Assembly (NCBI GenBank): GCA_031127225.1 | Contig: JARIEV010000001.1 | Coordinates: 4,930-68,929 of the forward strand | DNA length: 64,000 bases | From: Gemmatimonadota bacterium | Lineage (GTDB): Bacteria; Gemmatimonadota; Gemmatimonadetes; Gemmatimonadales; Gemmatimonadaceae | Reading direction: 5' to 3' | In this document: positions 27,656-37,472 of the stretch, in pieces | How positions within the stretch are numbered: the stretch's first letter is position 1 | How the letters are laid out: each line of letters starts with the position of its first letter | Translations under genes and position numbers: made by a program | The notes under the pieces: model-generated | What the model saw: the letters and a program-made list of their open reading frames with translations, nothing else | Database searches by the model: none | What the model was told of the DNA's origin: nothing

Positions 27656-29113
27656 TCAGCGCCCTCCGGGACGCCCGCCGCCAGCAGTCGGCGCGCCGGC
27701 GGCCGCTCCACCACCAGTTCCACCACCAGTTCCACCACCAGTTCCACCACCAGCGCCACCGGCCGCGCCGCCCCCCGCCGCACCACCGGTGCGCTGCACA
27801 CCCGGCATGCCACCGGCACCGGTCATGCTGCGGAAGCGATCGTTCTGCTGATCACGCTTGGCCTGCAGCGACTGCACGGCGAGCGTGGCTACCTTCTCCC
27901 CTTCCGTGAGTCCCGACAGGACCTCGGCGTAGTCGTAGTCCGACGCCCCCAGTCGCACGAGACGGGGGGCGAACTTTCCGGGGGCCGTTTCCACGAACAC
28001 CAGCGCGGTACGCGCCCGCGGGGCCGGCGCCGCGGGTGAGGCGGTCGTCTTGGTGCGCCCGCGCGGCGCTGTGGGTGCGGGCGCCCCGCCTCCCGCGTCG
28101 TTGTCGGTCCGCATGGCCGCCTGCAGCGCGCGCACCTGCGCTGTCACGCTGTCGGGGTCGAGCCCTACGAACGCGGCGGATACCGCCGCCTCCCGCACGG
28201 TGCGCACTGCGTCGTTGCTGACCGCGACGACATTGTCACGCCGGTCGATCAGCATGGACACCTCGCCGTTCATTCCCGGCTTGAGCAGTCCCTCGTTGTT
28301 CTCGAGTGACACGATCACGGGAAACATGGTGACGCTCTGCTGCACCACCGCCTGCGGTTCGATCTTCTCGACCACACCCTGAAACGGCCGCTCGGGGTAG
28401 GCATCGACCGTGACGCGGGTGGACTGTCCGGCGCGCACGTTCCCGATGTCGGTTTCATTCACCAGCGCCCGCACGCGCACTTTCGTGAGATCGGCCATCT
28501 TGAGCAGCGTCGTGCCGCCCGACACAGAGCCAGTGGCCGAGGCGATGACCTGGCCGAGCGAGACCGGCTTGTCGATGACCGTGCCGTTCACCGGCGCGAT
28601 CACGGTGGCGTCATCGAGCCGTTGCTGGGCGAGGTCCACGTTCGTGGTGGCCCGCACGATCGCGCCCTGCGCCTGCGTGAGCTGCAGCTGCGCCGTCTCG
28701 AATTCCTGCGTCGTGATGATGCGCGTGGCATACAGCTCGTCGGAGCGCTTCTTCTGCGACTGGGCCACTTCAAGGCCGGCCTGCGCACTCCGCAGGTCTG
28801 CGGCGGCCTGGTCGTACTGGTTCTTCACGTCGCGCGTATCCACCTGCACCAGCAGGTCACCGGCTTTCACCTGCGATCCGGTTTCCACCGGCATCCGCGT
28901 GATCTGTCCCGACGCCTTCGACTTCACTTCGATCACGTTGATCGGTTCGACGGTACCCGTGGCCTGTGCGTCCACCACGATCGTTTGGCGGCCGACGACC
29001 TCCGTGCTGACCGCCATCACCGTTTCCTTTTTCTGCCCGCAGGCAGACAGCGCGCCGCCCACGAGCAACACCGGCAGGGTCAGCACCCGCAGGCAGCGCG
29101 CCGGGGTACGCAT
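27656..29113 (-). CDS. MacA-like periplasmic adaptor with Gly-rich C-terminal tail
   Basis: Lipobox LSAC; EVKSKASGQI, APVNGTV, VNETDIG..V..GQ...VTVDAYP, LKPGM. Confidence 0.88.
   Translation of the reverse strand: MRTPARCLRVLTLPVLLVGGALSACGQKKETVMAVSTEVVGRQTIVVDAQATGTVEPINVIEVKSKASGQITRMPVETGSQVKAGDLLVQVDTRDVKNQYDQAAADLRSAQAGLEVAQSQKKRSDELYATRIITTQEFETAQLQLTQAQGAIVRATTNVDLAQQRLDDATVIAPVNGTVIDKPVSLGQVIASATGSVSGGTTLLKMADLTKVRVRALVNETDIGNVRAGQSTRVTVDAYPERPFQGVVEKIEPQAVVQQSVTMFPVIVSLENNEGLLKPGMNGEVSMLIDRRDNVVAVSNDAVRTVREAAVSAAFVGLDPDSVTAQVRALQAAMRTDNDAGGGAPAPTAPRGRTKTTASPAAPAPRARTALVFVETAPGKFAPRLVRLGASDYDYAEVLSGLTEGEKVATLAVQSLQAKRDQQNDRFRSMTGAGGMPGVQRTGGAAGGGAAGGAGGGTGGGTGGGTGGGAAAGAPTAGGGRPGGR
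27707..27752. repeat. 12-bp tandem repeat (CCACCACCAGTT)n encoding GGGT repeats
   Basis: Three or more consecutive copies visible. Confidence 0.8.
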
Positions 29114-30483
29114 CAGAGATCGCGGCCCACCAGCGAGGATAACTGCGCCCGTGCGATCCGACCGTCGAGGCGGGCCTGAATCAGCGCTTGCCGCGCCTGA
29201 TTGAGCTGCGTCTGCGAGGTGAGCAAGTCGAGCAGCGTGGATGCCCCCAACGCGTACCGCTGCTGCTGCACCCGCAGATCCTCCTCGGCGGCGGCGATCG
29301 CCGCCAGCTGCACCTGCACCCGCGCCTGCGCGTTGGCGAGCGCACGGAGCTGCGACGTGAGCGTCTGCCGAGCACCGAGCTTGGCGTCACGCAGCTGCGC
29401 CTCCGCATTGCGCAACGTCACATCGGCCTGCACCGCCCCCTGTTCACGCACGAAGCCGTTGAACAGCGGATACGAAAAGTTGAACGACATGTTCTGCCGG
29501 TTCGGGTCGTTACCGCCGATCAGGAACAGGTTGCCGCCAGTGAAGGCCTTCGAGCTCTGCGTGTACGAGTAGTTGTACGACATGGACAGCGTGGGGAGGT
29601 ACTGTGACCGCTGCGCCTTTCGGCTGGCACGCGCGGCCAGCAGGTTCGCTTCGGCCAGCTGGACGGCAGGGCCGCGGCTGATCAGCGTTTCGAGCTCGGG
29701 TTCGAGCGGCACGGTCGGCATCGACTCCGCGCTGTCCGACGGCGACGTGGTCACCGTGGTTGTGGATCCCACCACGCGCGTGAGCGCGGCGTTCGCGACG
29801 CGCAGGTCGTTCTGCGACGTCAGCACAGCCAGCTGCGCGTTGCCGAGCTGGATTGCGGAGCGCAGCGAGTCGGACTTGGTGGCCACACCGGCCGCCACGC
29901 GGGCCGTCGACGCCTTGAGCTGCTGCTCGGCCTGCTCCAGCTGCGCCCGTGCCGCGGTTTCCGATTCGCGCGCCGCGAGAGCGGCGTAGTACTGCTGCTT
30001 CACTTGCAGCGCGGCATCGAAGCGTGCCTGAATCGTGGTGGCGTCGGCCAGATCGCCGGTCGCGCGCACCCGCGCCAGCTCCTGCCAGCGCCGTCCCCCG
30101 TCGAACAATTCCAGCTGCGTGCCGAGTCCGTTGTTGTAGTTCCACGGGTTGCCGGTGAGTGGCACCAGCTGTCCCTGGAAGAACTGCACGCCTTGCGTGC
30201 GCGAGCTCGATCCGTTGAGGTTGAGCGACGGCAGGTACGCGCCGAGCGCCGCGCGGCGTGCGGCGCCGGCCGTGCGCTCGAGGCCGCGCGCCTGCACCAC
30301 GGCCGGCGAGTTCCGCTGCGCCATCTGAATGGCTTCCGCGAGGGTAATCGGGCGCGCGCCATCGTCGGCGACCGTCAGCGGCTGTGCGCCGAGCGGCTTT
30401 TCGCGCAGCGGGGCGGCCACAAGGACCGCCCCGAGAATGAGTGTATGGCTGACGGCCCGGCTGAACAGATTCCTGCGGGTCAC
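29113..30483 (-). CDS. TolC-family outer membrane factor
   Basis: Signal peptide, ITLAEAI..A..NSP, duplicated YLP.L, RY.LG.ST.LDLL. Confidence 0.9.
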   Translation of the reverse strand: MTRRNLFSRAVSHTLILGAVLVAAPLREKPLGAQPLTVADDGARPITLAEAIQMAQRNSPAVVQARGLERTAGAARRAALGAYLPSLNLNGSSSRTQGVQFFQGQLVPLTGNPWNYNNGLGTQLELFDGGRRWQELARVRATGDLADATTIQARFDAALQVKQQYYAALAARESETAARAQLEQAEQQLKASTARVAAGVATKSDSLRSAIQLGNAQLAVLTSQNDLRVANAALTRVVGSTTTVTTSPSDSAESMPTVPLEPELETLISRGPAVQLAEANLLAARASRKAQRSQYLPTLSMSYNYSYTQSSKAFTGGNLFLIGGNDPNRQNMSFNFSYPLFNGFVREQGAVQADVTLRNAEAQLRDAKLGARQTLTSQLRALANAQARVQVQLAAIAAAEEDLRVQQQRYALGASTLLDLLTSQTQLNQARQALIQARLDGRIARAQLSSLVGRDL

Positions 30484-30872
30484 TTGATCTCACCTCGCGC
30501 ACGCGCCGTGCTATCGGCCGCCCGCTGGTTGCGCTCGAGCAAGGCGCGGAAGGCGGTCTTCTGCGCGCTGTCGAGGCTGTTCATCATCAGCACGCGCGCG
30601 CTGTCGCGCACGGCATCGAGGGACGGACGGACGGTGGCCATGATCGTCCGCGATTCCCGACGCCGCCAATCCCATACGGAGTCGAGGACAACGCGCTGGT
30701 CAGGTGACAGCTGGAGTTCGCGCGCGAGCCCATCGATGACCGTGGTTTCGCTCACGGACCCCGGACGGGGCGGCGATACGGCGCGCTCGGCGGCAAAACC
30801 GACGGCTCCCCCGGTGAGGAACGCACCGGAGAGAAACATCATGGCGAGCGACTTGGGACGAGGAGTGGACAC
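30480..30872 (-). CDS. Membrane-anchored periplasmic protein, Spy/CpxP/heavy-metal-sensor-like
   Basis: N-terminal TM segment; LARELQLSPDQ and LDSAQ motifs resembling LTxxQ. Confidence 0.6.
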   Translation of the reverse strand: MSTPRPKSLAMMFLSGAFLTGGAVGFAAERAVSPPRPGSVSETTVIDGLARELQLSPDQRVVLDSVWDWRRRESRTIMATVRPSLDAVRDSARVLMMNSLDSAQKTAFRALLERNQRAADSTARARGEIK

Positions 30873-30885
30873 GGCGTGATCCGGG

Positions 30886-31323
30886 CTAGTAGTCGAGCGG
30901 GTGCAGATACCGCTCAGGGGCATCCTCAGCCAAGTGCGGACGCATCCGTGTGGTCAGCGTCGCGTCATCCAGCGGGAGCGGCAGCGCCGACTCGACCGCG
31001 GCGCGCGCCGCCAGCTCCCGGGCCGTGGCCTCACGTTCGGCTTCGCGCACAAACGTGGCACCGGCCACCAGCAGCGCGATCGTGGCCGCGATCAACCCGA
31101 CGTTGCGGATGTCCGCCGCCCGGAATTCACCGAAGCCGCTCCACCACGCCGGACGCAACTCGCCGATGCGGGTCACGCTGCGCGTGACACTTTGCATCAC
31201 GCGTTCTTCCAGCCCGTTCCAGTAGCGCTCGCCCTGCGGCGCCGCGTAGTGGCTGCGTAGCAGGTCGGTCACCCGAGGGTCCGCATCCGGGCGGCGCCCG
31301 TCGTCGTTCCGTGTGACGTTCAT
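30886..31323 (-). CDS. Putative anti-sigma factor (single TM)
   Basis: Overlaps the ECF sigma stop (ATGA); P...YW..LEERVM N-domain, central TM helix. Confidence 0.65.
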   Translation of the reverse strand: MNVTRNDDGRRPDADPRVTDLLRSHYAAPQGERYWNGLEERVMQSVTRSVTRIGELRPAWWSGFGEFRAADIRNVGLIAATIALLVAGATFVREAEREATARELAARAAVESALPLPLDDATLTTRMRPHLAEDAPERYLHPLDY

Positions 31324-31925
31324 TTCTCACTCCGAAGGTTGCTTAACTGACGCCGCAGATGCGTCCGAGCATGATGCAGGTCCGATCGCGCCGTCCCCTC
31401 GGGAATTCCGAGGAGAGCGCCGATTTCCGCGTGCTTATATCCCTCGACGTCGTGTAGCACGATGACCGCGCGCTGCCGTTCGCCCAGTGTGCCCAGCGCG
31501 CGGGCCAGCCGCGCGCGTAATTCATCCGCTTCCGCTGGATCCCGGTGCGGGGACGACAACGTTTCCGGCAATTCGTCGGCGTCGCGTACCTTGCGCCGCC
31601 GGGCAATGTCCAGCGATGCGTTCGCGACGATGCGATGCAGCCACGCGCCGAACGCCTGCTCGGGGCGAAACCGTTCGAGCGCGCGGAACGCGTGCAGAAA
31701 CCCTTCCTGCACCGCATCCTCCGCGTCGTCGTGCGACAGCACGATCGCGCGGGCCACGGCGTACGCCCGACGTTGATGGCGACGCACCAGCCCGGCAAAG
31801 GCCGTGTGGTCCCCCGCCTGCGCCGCGAGCACCAGCTCCCGCTCTTCGAGCGCCTCGGCCGACACGGGCCGGTCAGTCCCCATGACGGGGACGGAAGTGG
31901 GAAGGGAGAGGGCGACGGAGGTCAT
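31320..31925 (-). CDS. ECF sigma-70 factor (start uncertain)
   Basis: DAEDAVQE.F, F.AWLHRIV.N, region 4 EIGALLGIPEGTARS.LHHAR. Confidence 0.92.
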   Translation of the reverse strand: MTSVALSLPTSVPVMGTDRPVSAEALEERELVLAAQAGDHTAFAGLVRRHQRRAYAVARAIVLSHDDAEDAVQEGFLHAFRALERFRPEQAFGAWLHRIVANASLDIARRRKVRDADELPETLSSPHRDPAEADELRARLARALGTLGERQRAVIVLHDVEGYKHAEIGALLGIPEGTARSDLHHARTHLRRQLSNLRSEK

Positions 31926-31948
31926 CGGCAATGGTGGGGTCACCCAAA

Positions 31949-32569
31949 TTACGCATCGCCGACGGGAGGCGTTGACGTGGTGAGGCCGGCCCCCGCGAGG
32001 CCGAGGGCGGACGCCTCAGCCTGCATGGCGGCGAGCACCACGGCGATGTGCTCGTCGAGCGGCACCCCGAGCGCCTCGGCGCCCTCAATCACATCCTGAC
32101 GATTGACGCCCCGCGCAAACGCCTTGTCCTTCATCTTTTTCCGTACCCCGGGCACGTCCACATCCGCCACGGCTTTCGACGGCTTCACCAGTGCGCTCGC
32201 CGTGATCAGCCCGGTGAGTTCGTCCACCGCGAAGAGCGCCTTGGCGAGCAAGGTGACCCGTGGCACACCGGTGTACGCCGCGTGTCCCAGCACCGCCTCG
32301 CACACCACCTCCGGCCAGCCGGCCGCCCGCAGTACGCGGACACCCTCGGCCGGGTGTTCGACCTCGGCCCCCTGATCGGCATTGGGGTAGCGCTCGTAGT
32401 CGAAATCATGGATGAGTCCGGTGATGCCCCACAGCTCGACATCTTCGCCCAAGCGGACGGCGTACGCCCGCATCGCACACTCCACCGAAAGCATGTGCTT
32501 CCGGAGCGATTCGGACGCGGTCCAAGCATGGACCAGGGCGAGCGCATCGGCGCGAGAGGGCAGGGGCAT
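31949..32569 (-). CDS. HD-domain (HDIG) metal-dependent phosphohydrolase
   Basis: LRKHM..VE, GLIHDFDYE, LFAVDELTG, KKMKDKAFA.GVNR. Confidence 0.85.
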   Translation of the reverse strand: MPLPSRADALALVHAWTASESLRKHMLSVECAMRAYAVRLGEDVELWGITGLIHDFDYERYPNADQGAEVEHPAEGVRVLRAAGWPEVVCEAVLGHAAYTGVPRVTLLAKALFAVDELTGLITASALVKPSKAVADVDVPGVRKKMKDKAFARGVNRQDVIEGAEALGVPLDEHIAVVLAAMQAEASALGLAGAGLTTSTPPVGDA

Positions 32570-32648
32570 GACCGTCGGGTGGAAAACGAGGGAGTCGGTA
32601 CTGCGGAAGTGTAACCGCTTCGGCGCGCGAAACGTGCCGAACGACAGG

Positions 32649-34202
32649 CTAGTGCAGATCCGCCGCCTTCACGGCGCTCGTGGGCCGGCCGGTCCGCCAG
32701 ATCAGGAGCAGCGGCAGCGCCGACACCAGCAGAATCCCCGAGATCAGGTAGATCCGCGAGAAGGCCATCACGCTGGCCTGCTGCGTGATCTGGCGGTCGA
32801 GGATCAGCAGGGCCTGCTGCTTGGCCGCCGCGACATCGATGCCGCGCGCCGCCATCCCCTGCATCAGCCCCTGCATCCGCTGCATCGTGGCCGGATCGTA
32901 GCTGCCTGCATGCTCGGTGAGCATCGCCTTCTGCACCGCCGACTGCCGCGCCAGCATGGTCGCCATGATCGCGATCCCGAGGGACCCCCCCAGCTGCCGC
33001 ATCAGGTTGAACATCCCCGTGCCCTGACCGATCAGGCGCATCGGCAGCCCCGACACCGTGGCGTTCGTGAGCGGCACGAACAGAAACCCCAGTCCCACGC
33101 CGCGCATGATCAGTGGCCAGAACAGATCCTGCTGCCCGGATTCCAGCGTCATGCGCGACAGCAGCGTCATGGCGCCCAGGAACAGGAAGGCACCCAGCAC
33201 GATCATGGGGCGGGCGTCCACCGTGCCCGACATGCGTCCCATGAACGCCATGGTAATGGCCGATGCGATCGCGCCGGGGAGAATCACCATCCCCGTCTGT
33301 TGCGCGGTGTAGCCGTGCAGCTGCTGCAGAAACACCGGCAGCACGAACACCGAGCCGTACAGCGCGACGCCCAGGAACGCGGCGAACACCACGCCCGGCG
33401 CGAGTTGCCGCGAGCGCAGAATGCGGAAGTTGATGATCGGCTCGTCAATCGACAATTCGCGCCACACCAGCAGCACCGCCGACGTCACGCTCGTCACCGC
33501 GAGCGCCGTCACGAAGCGCGACTCGAACCAGTCGAAGCGTTCGCCGCGCTCCAGCATCCACTGCAACGATCCCACCGCCATGGTGAGCAGCAGAATGCCC
33601 CACACATCCACCGACCTCGACTTCACCTGATGCGCGGCGTCGCGCACATAGGTCCACACGAGATACCCCGCGAAGATGCCGAGGGGCACGTTGATGTAGA
33701 AAATCCACGGCCAGGCATAGGCGTCCACGATGTAGCCGCCCAGCGTGGGGCCGAGTGTGGGCCCCACCATCACCCCGACGCCAAAGATCGACTGCCCGAT
33801 GCCGCGCTCATGCGGCGGAAACGCTTCGAACAGCGTGGTCTGCGCCGTGGACAGCAGCGCGCCGCCACCGAGTCCCTGCAGCACGCGCCAGAACACCAAT
33901 CCCCACAATGACGTGGCCGCGCCGCAGAAAAATGACGCCACCACGAAGATCGCAATCGACCCCGTGAGATAGTTGCGGCGTCCGAAAAAGGCGGAGAGCC
34001 AGCTCGACATCGGAATCACGATCACGTTCGCGATGATGTACGACGTGGACACCCACGCGATCTCGTCGAGCGTGGCGCCGAGCGTGCCCATCATGTGCGG
34101 GATCGCCACGTTCACGATCGACGTGTCCACGAGCTCGAGCACCGCCGCCAGCGTGACGGCGATCGCGATCAGATACTTGTGCTTGTACGGATCCTCCGTC
34201 AC
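32649..34202 (-). CDS. DHA2-family MFS efflux permease (EmrB-like)
   Basis: DTSIVNVAIP, WVSTSY, RVLQGLGGG, GPTLGG, WPWIFYINVP. Confidence 0.93.
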   Translation of the reverse strand: MTEDPYKHKYLIAIAVTLAAVLELVDTSIVNVAIPHMMGTLGATLDEIAWVSTSYIIANVIVIPMSSWLSAFFGRRNYLTGSIAIFVVASFFCGAATSLWGLVFWRVLQGLGGGALLSTAQTTLFEAFPPHERGIGQSIFGVGVMVGPTLGPTLGGYIVDAYAWPWIFYINVPLGIFAGYLVWTYVRDAAHQVKSRSVDVWGILLLTMAVGSLQWMLERGERFDWFESRFVTALAVTSVTSAVLLVWRELSIDEPIINFRILRSRQLAPGVVFAAFLGVALYGSVFVLPVFLQQLHGYTAQQTGMVILPGAIASAITMAFMGRMSGTVDARPMIVLGAFLFLGAMTLLSRMTLESGQQDLFWPLIMRGVGLGFLFVPLTNATVSGLPMRLIGQGTGMFNLMRQLGGSLGIAIMATMLARQSAVQKAMLTEHAGSYDPATMQRMQGLMQGMAARGIDVAAAKQQALLILDRQITQQASVMAFSRIYLISGILLVSALPLLLIWRTGRPTSAVKAADLH

Positions 34203-34206
34203 GGCC

Positions 34207-35244
34207 TTAGCGGACCGTCACGGTTGCGAGCACGGACATCCCCGGGCGCAGCGGACGGTCAGGCCCGAGCGCCTTCGTGATCCGGATGCGCACCGGCACC
34301 CGTTGCACCACCTTGGTGAAGTTGCCGGTCGCGTTGTCCGGCGGGAGCAGCGCGAACTTCGCCCCCGTGGCCGACGCGATGCTCTCGACCACACCCTCGG
34401 CGTGCGCACCGTAGGCGTCTACCTCGAGCTCCACCGGCTGGCCCACGCGGATCCGGCTCAGCTGCGTTTCCTTGAAGTTGGCCCACACGAACACCCCTGA
34501 GTCGGACACGATCGACATCAGTGTTTGCCCCGGCTGGATCAGCTGCCCCACCTCCACCTGCTTCCGCGACACAACCCCGCCAACGGGTGCCACGATCGTC
34601 GTGAACGACCGCTGCAGCGCCGCGTTGTCGCGGACGGCCTGCGCCGCCGCAAGCCGCGCGCTGGCCAGCCGGACCCCTGCCTCGGCGCTCGAGATTCCGG
34701 CCGCGGCCGCGCTGACCTGCCGCTGGGTGGCGGTGAGTTGCGCGTTGGTCGCGTCGAACGTGGCCTGCGCGGCATCCAGCTGTGCCATGCTGATGATCTG
34801 CTTGGTCGCCAGCTCTTTCGCGCGTGCCAGATCACTCTGGGCTCTCACCACCTGCGCCCGCGCCGCGTCAACCTGTGCATCACCCACGTCGCGCTGGCTC
34901 GCGGCGGTGCGCACCTGGGCCGAGGCCTGTCCCGGCACGCCACGCGTACCAGCCGTCGCGAGCGCGGCGGCGTAGTCGGCCTCCGCCTGCGCCAGCCGGA
35001 CGTCGTATTCGCGCGGGTCGATCGTGACGAGTACGCTGCGGTCGTCCACGTGCACGTTGTCCCCCACGCTCACGGCGAGCACGAAGCCGCCGACCTTGGC
35101 CACCACCGGCACAATGTGCCCGTCGACCTGTGCGTTGTCGGTGGATTCATGCGCCTCCGCGAACGACCAGCGGTTGAAGCCCCACACCCCGCCGCCGACG
35201 GCGAGCACGAGTGGAATGAGCAGACGGATATTCGGGCGGGCCAT
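34207..35244 (-). CDS. HlyD/EmrA-family membrane fusion protein
   Basis: STDNAQV.G, ANFKETQL, FALLPPDNATGNFTKVVQRVPVRI. Confidence 0.93.
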   Translation of the reverse strand: MARPNIRLLIPLVLAVGGGVWGFNRWSFAEAHESTDNAQVDGHIVPVVAKVGGFVLAVSVGDNVHVDDRSVLVTIDPREYDVRLAQAEADYAAALATAGTRGVPGQASAQVRTAASQRDVGDAQVDAARAQVVRAQSDLARAKELATKQIISMAQLDAAQATFDATNAQLTATQRQVSAAAAGISSAEAGVRLASARLAAAQAVRDNAALQRSFTTIVAPVGGVVSRKQVEVGQLIQPGQTLMSIVSDSGVFVWANFKETQLSRIRVGQPVELEVDAYGAHAEGVVESIASATGAKFALLPPDNATGNFTKVVQRVPVRIRITKALGPDRPLRPGMSVLATVTVR

Positions 35245-35256
35245 ATGTATCAGTGC

Positions 35257-35291
35257 GGAGTAGGGAGTACGGAGTACGGGAGTCGCGAGTC
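35257..35291. repeat. Intergenic heptamer tandem repeat (GGAGTAC-like x5)
   Basis: GGAGTAG GGAGTAC GGAGTAC GGGAGTC GCGAGTC. Confidence 0.65.
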
Positions 35292-35307
35292 CAGATGGCG
35301 ACGGGCG

Positions 35308-36642
35308 CTACGGCAGCTGCTGGACGTCGCCCATGGCGCGGGCGAGGGCGACGCGGGAGCCGTGATAGCTCGCGAGTGCGTCGTTGCGCAGCGTCCGCGC
35401 CTGATTCAGCGACAGCAGCGCGGTAATCACGTCGCCGTTGCCGGCCACGCCGGCGCGGAACCGCTCCCGCGCCTGCGACACTTCCTGTTCGGCCAGGCGC
35501 AGCCGTTCGCGCACGGCGTCCACCTGCTCGAGGGCGCCGGCGAGATCGAGCAGCGCGGCGCGTACCTCGAGCGCGCTCTGCGCCCGCAGATCGCGCAGGC
35601 GCGCGTCGGTCTCGCGCGATGCGGCCACCTGCTCCTGCATGCGTCCTTCACGTCGGAAGCCGTCAAATAGCCCTACAGACAGCTGCACGCCCCACGTGTA
35701 GGTGGGGAGCAGCCGGCTCCAGTTTTTGCCGATCACGCCTTGGTCCACCATCAACCCCAGCTGCGGCGTGCGCTCCCACCGGATCGCACTCGTGGCCCGA
35801 CGCTGCGAGGCCCCCTGCGCCATCAGGGCGCGCACGTCGGCACGCGATTCCCCGGCGTGTGTGAGCGCCGCCTGTTCGTCGGGTGCGGCCTCGCCGATCG
35901 GCAGCCCGGCCAGTGAATCGCGCAGCACCAGCGGCGCATCCAACGGGAGCGCGACGGCCCGCTTGAGTTCGAGCAGGCTACGGTCCCGGTCGTTGCGCGC
36001 CGCGATGATCTGCGCGCGCACGTTGGCCAGCTGCGATTCGGCGCGCGTCACATCCAGCGCGATGCCCACACCGGCCTGCAGCTGGTCGCGCGCAATGCGC
36101 AACAGATCCGCCGCCAGCGCCGAATCTGCCCGTCGCGCCGACAGCTGCGCTTCGGCCCGCGCCGCGCGCACGTACACCACCGCGGCCGTCGCGGCGGCGA
36201 GATCCGCCTGCGCCAGCACATCAGCGCTGGCGGCCACCACGGCCGACTGGGCCGCCCGCCACTTGGCGATGTTGCCCAGGTCGAGCAGCGGCTGCTGCAG
36301 CCGGTAGCGCAGGTCCACGGTCGGCACGGGCCCGAGCAGCTCACCCTCGGGGTTGAGCAACGGCCTCCCGGTGGCGGGATTGGCAAAGGAGAAACCGAAC
36401 GTGGCCGAGTTGAGCGTGCGCTCGGCCTGCTGAAAGCCGGCCGCGAGGTCGGGGAACAGCGCCCCGCGGCGCTGCAGCACGCGCGCCTCGGCCTGCGCCA
36501 CGCGGGTGCGCGCCACCTCGACGCCGCCGCTCTGTTTGGCGGCGAGCCGGGCGGCGTCGCCAAGGGACAGCGCCGGCTGGGCCGACACCGCATGGCCGGC
36601 CAGCAGCAGCAGCGCGGCGCTACAGGTGATTACGCGGATCAT
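35308..36642 (-). CDS. TolC-family outer membrane factor of the EmrAB-type pump
   Basis: Signal peptide AVSA|Q, LSLGDA, ERFRAGV; operon with emrA/emrB-like genes. Confidence 0.87.
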   Translation of the reverse strand: MIRVITCSAALLLLAGHAVSAQPALSLGDAARLAAKQSGGVEVARTRVAQAEARVLQRRGALFPDLAAGFQQAERTLNSATFGFSFANPATGRPLLNPEGELLGPVPTVDLRYRLQQPLLDLGNIAKWRAAQSAVVAASADVLAQADLAAATAAVVYVRAARAEAQLSARRADSALAADLLRIARDQLQAGVGIALDVTRAESQLANVRAQIIAARNDRDRSLLELKRAVALPLDAPLVLRDSLAGLPIGEAAPDEQAALTHAGESRADVRALMAQGASQRRATSAIRWERTPQLGLMVDQGVIGKNWSRLLPTYTWGVQLSVGLFDGFRREGRMQEQVAASRETDARLRDLRAQSALEVRAALLDLAGALEQVDAVRERLRLAEQEVSQARERFRAGVAGNGDVITALLSLNQARTLRNDALASYHGSRVALARAMGDVQQLP

Positions 36643-36688
36643 GGAGGCGAGATGGAAAGGAGAACTCGCGAGGCGGCTGGGCCCCGGC

Positions 36689-36724
36689 AAAAAAAAAGCG
36701 GGCACCGCTGGTCGCGATGCCCGC
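36689..36724 (-). terminator. Rho-independent terminator
   Basis: Minus strand GCGGGCATCGC-GACCA-GCGGTGCCCGC followed by T9. Confidence 0.85.
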
Positions 36725-36739
36725 CCCGGCTGCGGCCGG

Positions 36740-36922
36740 TTACCCGACCCGCACCGACTCGACCGTGACCGCCCCGGTCGTCTTCTCTGCTTCGTGCGCC
36801 TTGAACGACGCGTTGGTCCACAGGACAATGCCGTACAGGATCGCGCCGATGAAGACCGCGCCGCCGATCAGTCCCATGAAGGCCGCGCCCTTGTCGCTGC
36901 CGTGCTGCTCGTGTCCGCCCAT
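36740..36922 (-). CDS. Small single-TM hypothetical protein (60 aa)
   Basis: GGAG RBS upstream, one hydrophobic helix, lies between ppi and the terminator. Confidence 0.6.
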   Translation of the reverse strand: MGGHEQHGSDKGAAFMGLIGGAVFIGAILYGIVLWTNASFKAHEAEKTTGAVTVESVRVG

Positions 36923-36941
36923 GTCCGTTCTCCGGGGAAGG

Positions 36942-37412
36942 TCAGTCGACGTCGGTGACGCGCACCGACACCATGCCATCATTCGCCACGATCGAGGGGA
37001 GGAACTCGAGCCCCTTGATGACCTGGCCGAACACCGTGTGCACGCCGTTCAGGTGGCGCGTGTTGGCCTCGCTGAGCACGACGAAGAACTGGCTGCCGCC
37101 GGTGTTCTTGCCGGCGTGCGCCATCGACAGCGCGCCCACCGCATGCTTGTGCGGATTGCCCGCGGTTTCACACGGGATCTGCCACCCCGGGCCGCCCGTG
37201 CCGATGCGGCGATCGCCGGCGGGGAGGTCGCGCGAGTACGGATCGCCACCCTGCACGACGAAGTCCTCGATCACGCGATGGAACTTCACACCATCGTAGA
37301 AGCCCTGATTCGCGAGCTTCTCGAAGTTTTCAACGGTCTTGGGCGCCTCGGCCGCGTACAGCTCGGCGACAAGGGTCCCCTTGGTGGTCTCGAACGTTGC
37401 CAGTTTGGCCAC
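36942..37412 (-). CDS. Cyclophilin-type peptidyl-prolyl cis-trans isomerase
   Basis: [47 protein letters not shown]; AAGGAG RBS. Confidence 0.95.
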   Translation of the reverse strand: MAKLATFETTKGTLVAELYAAEAPKTVENFEKLANQGFYDGVKFHRVIEDFVVQGGDPYSRDLPAGDRRIGTGGPGWQIPCETAGNPHKHAVGALSMAHAGKNTGGSQFFVVLSEANTRHLNGVHTVFGQVIKGLEFLPSIVANDGMVSVRVTDVD

Positions 37413-37472
37413 TGTGTCTCCTTAGTCCTTTGGGAGGGAAGACGGGAAAGCTAATGCGGGAACGCCCCGGCG

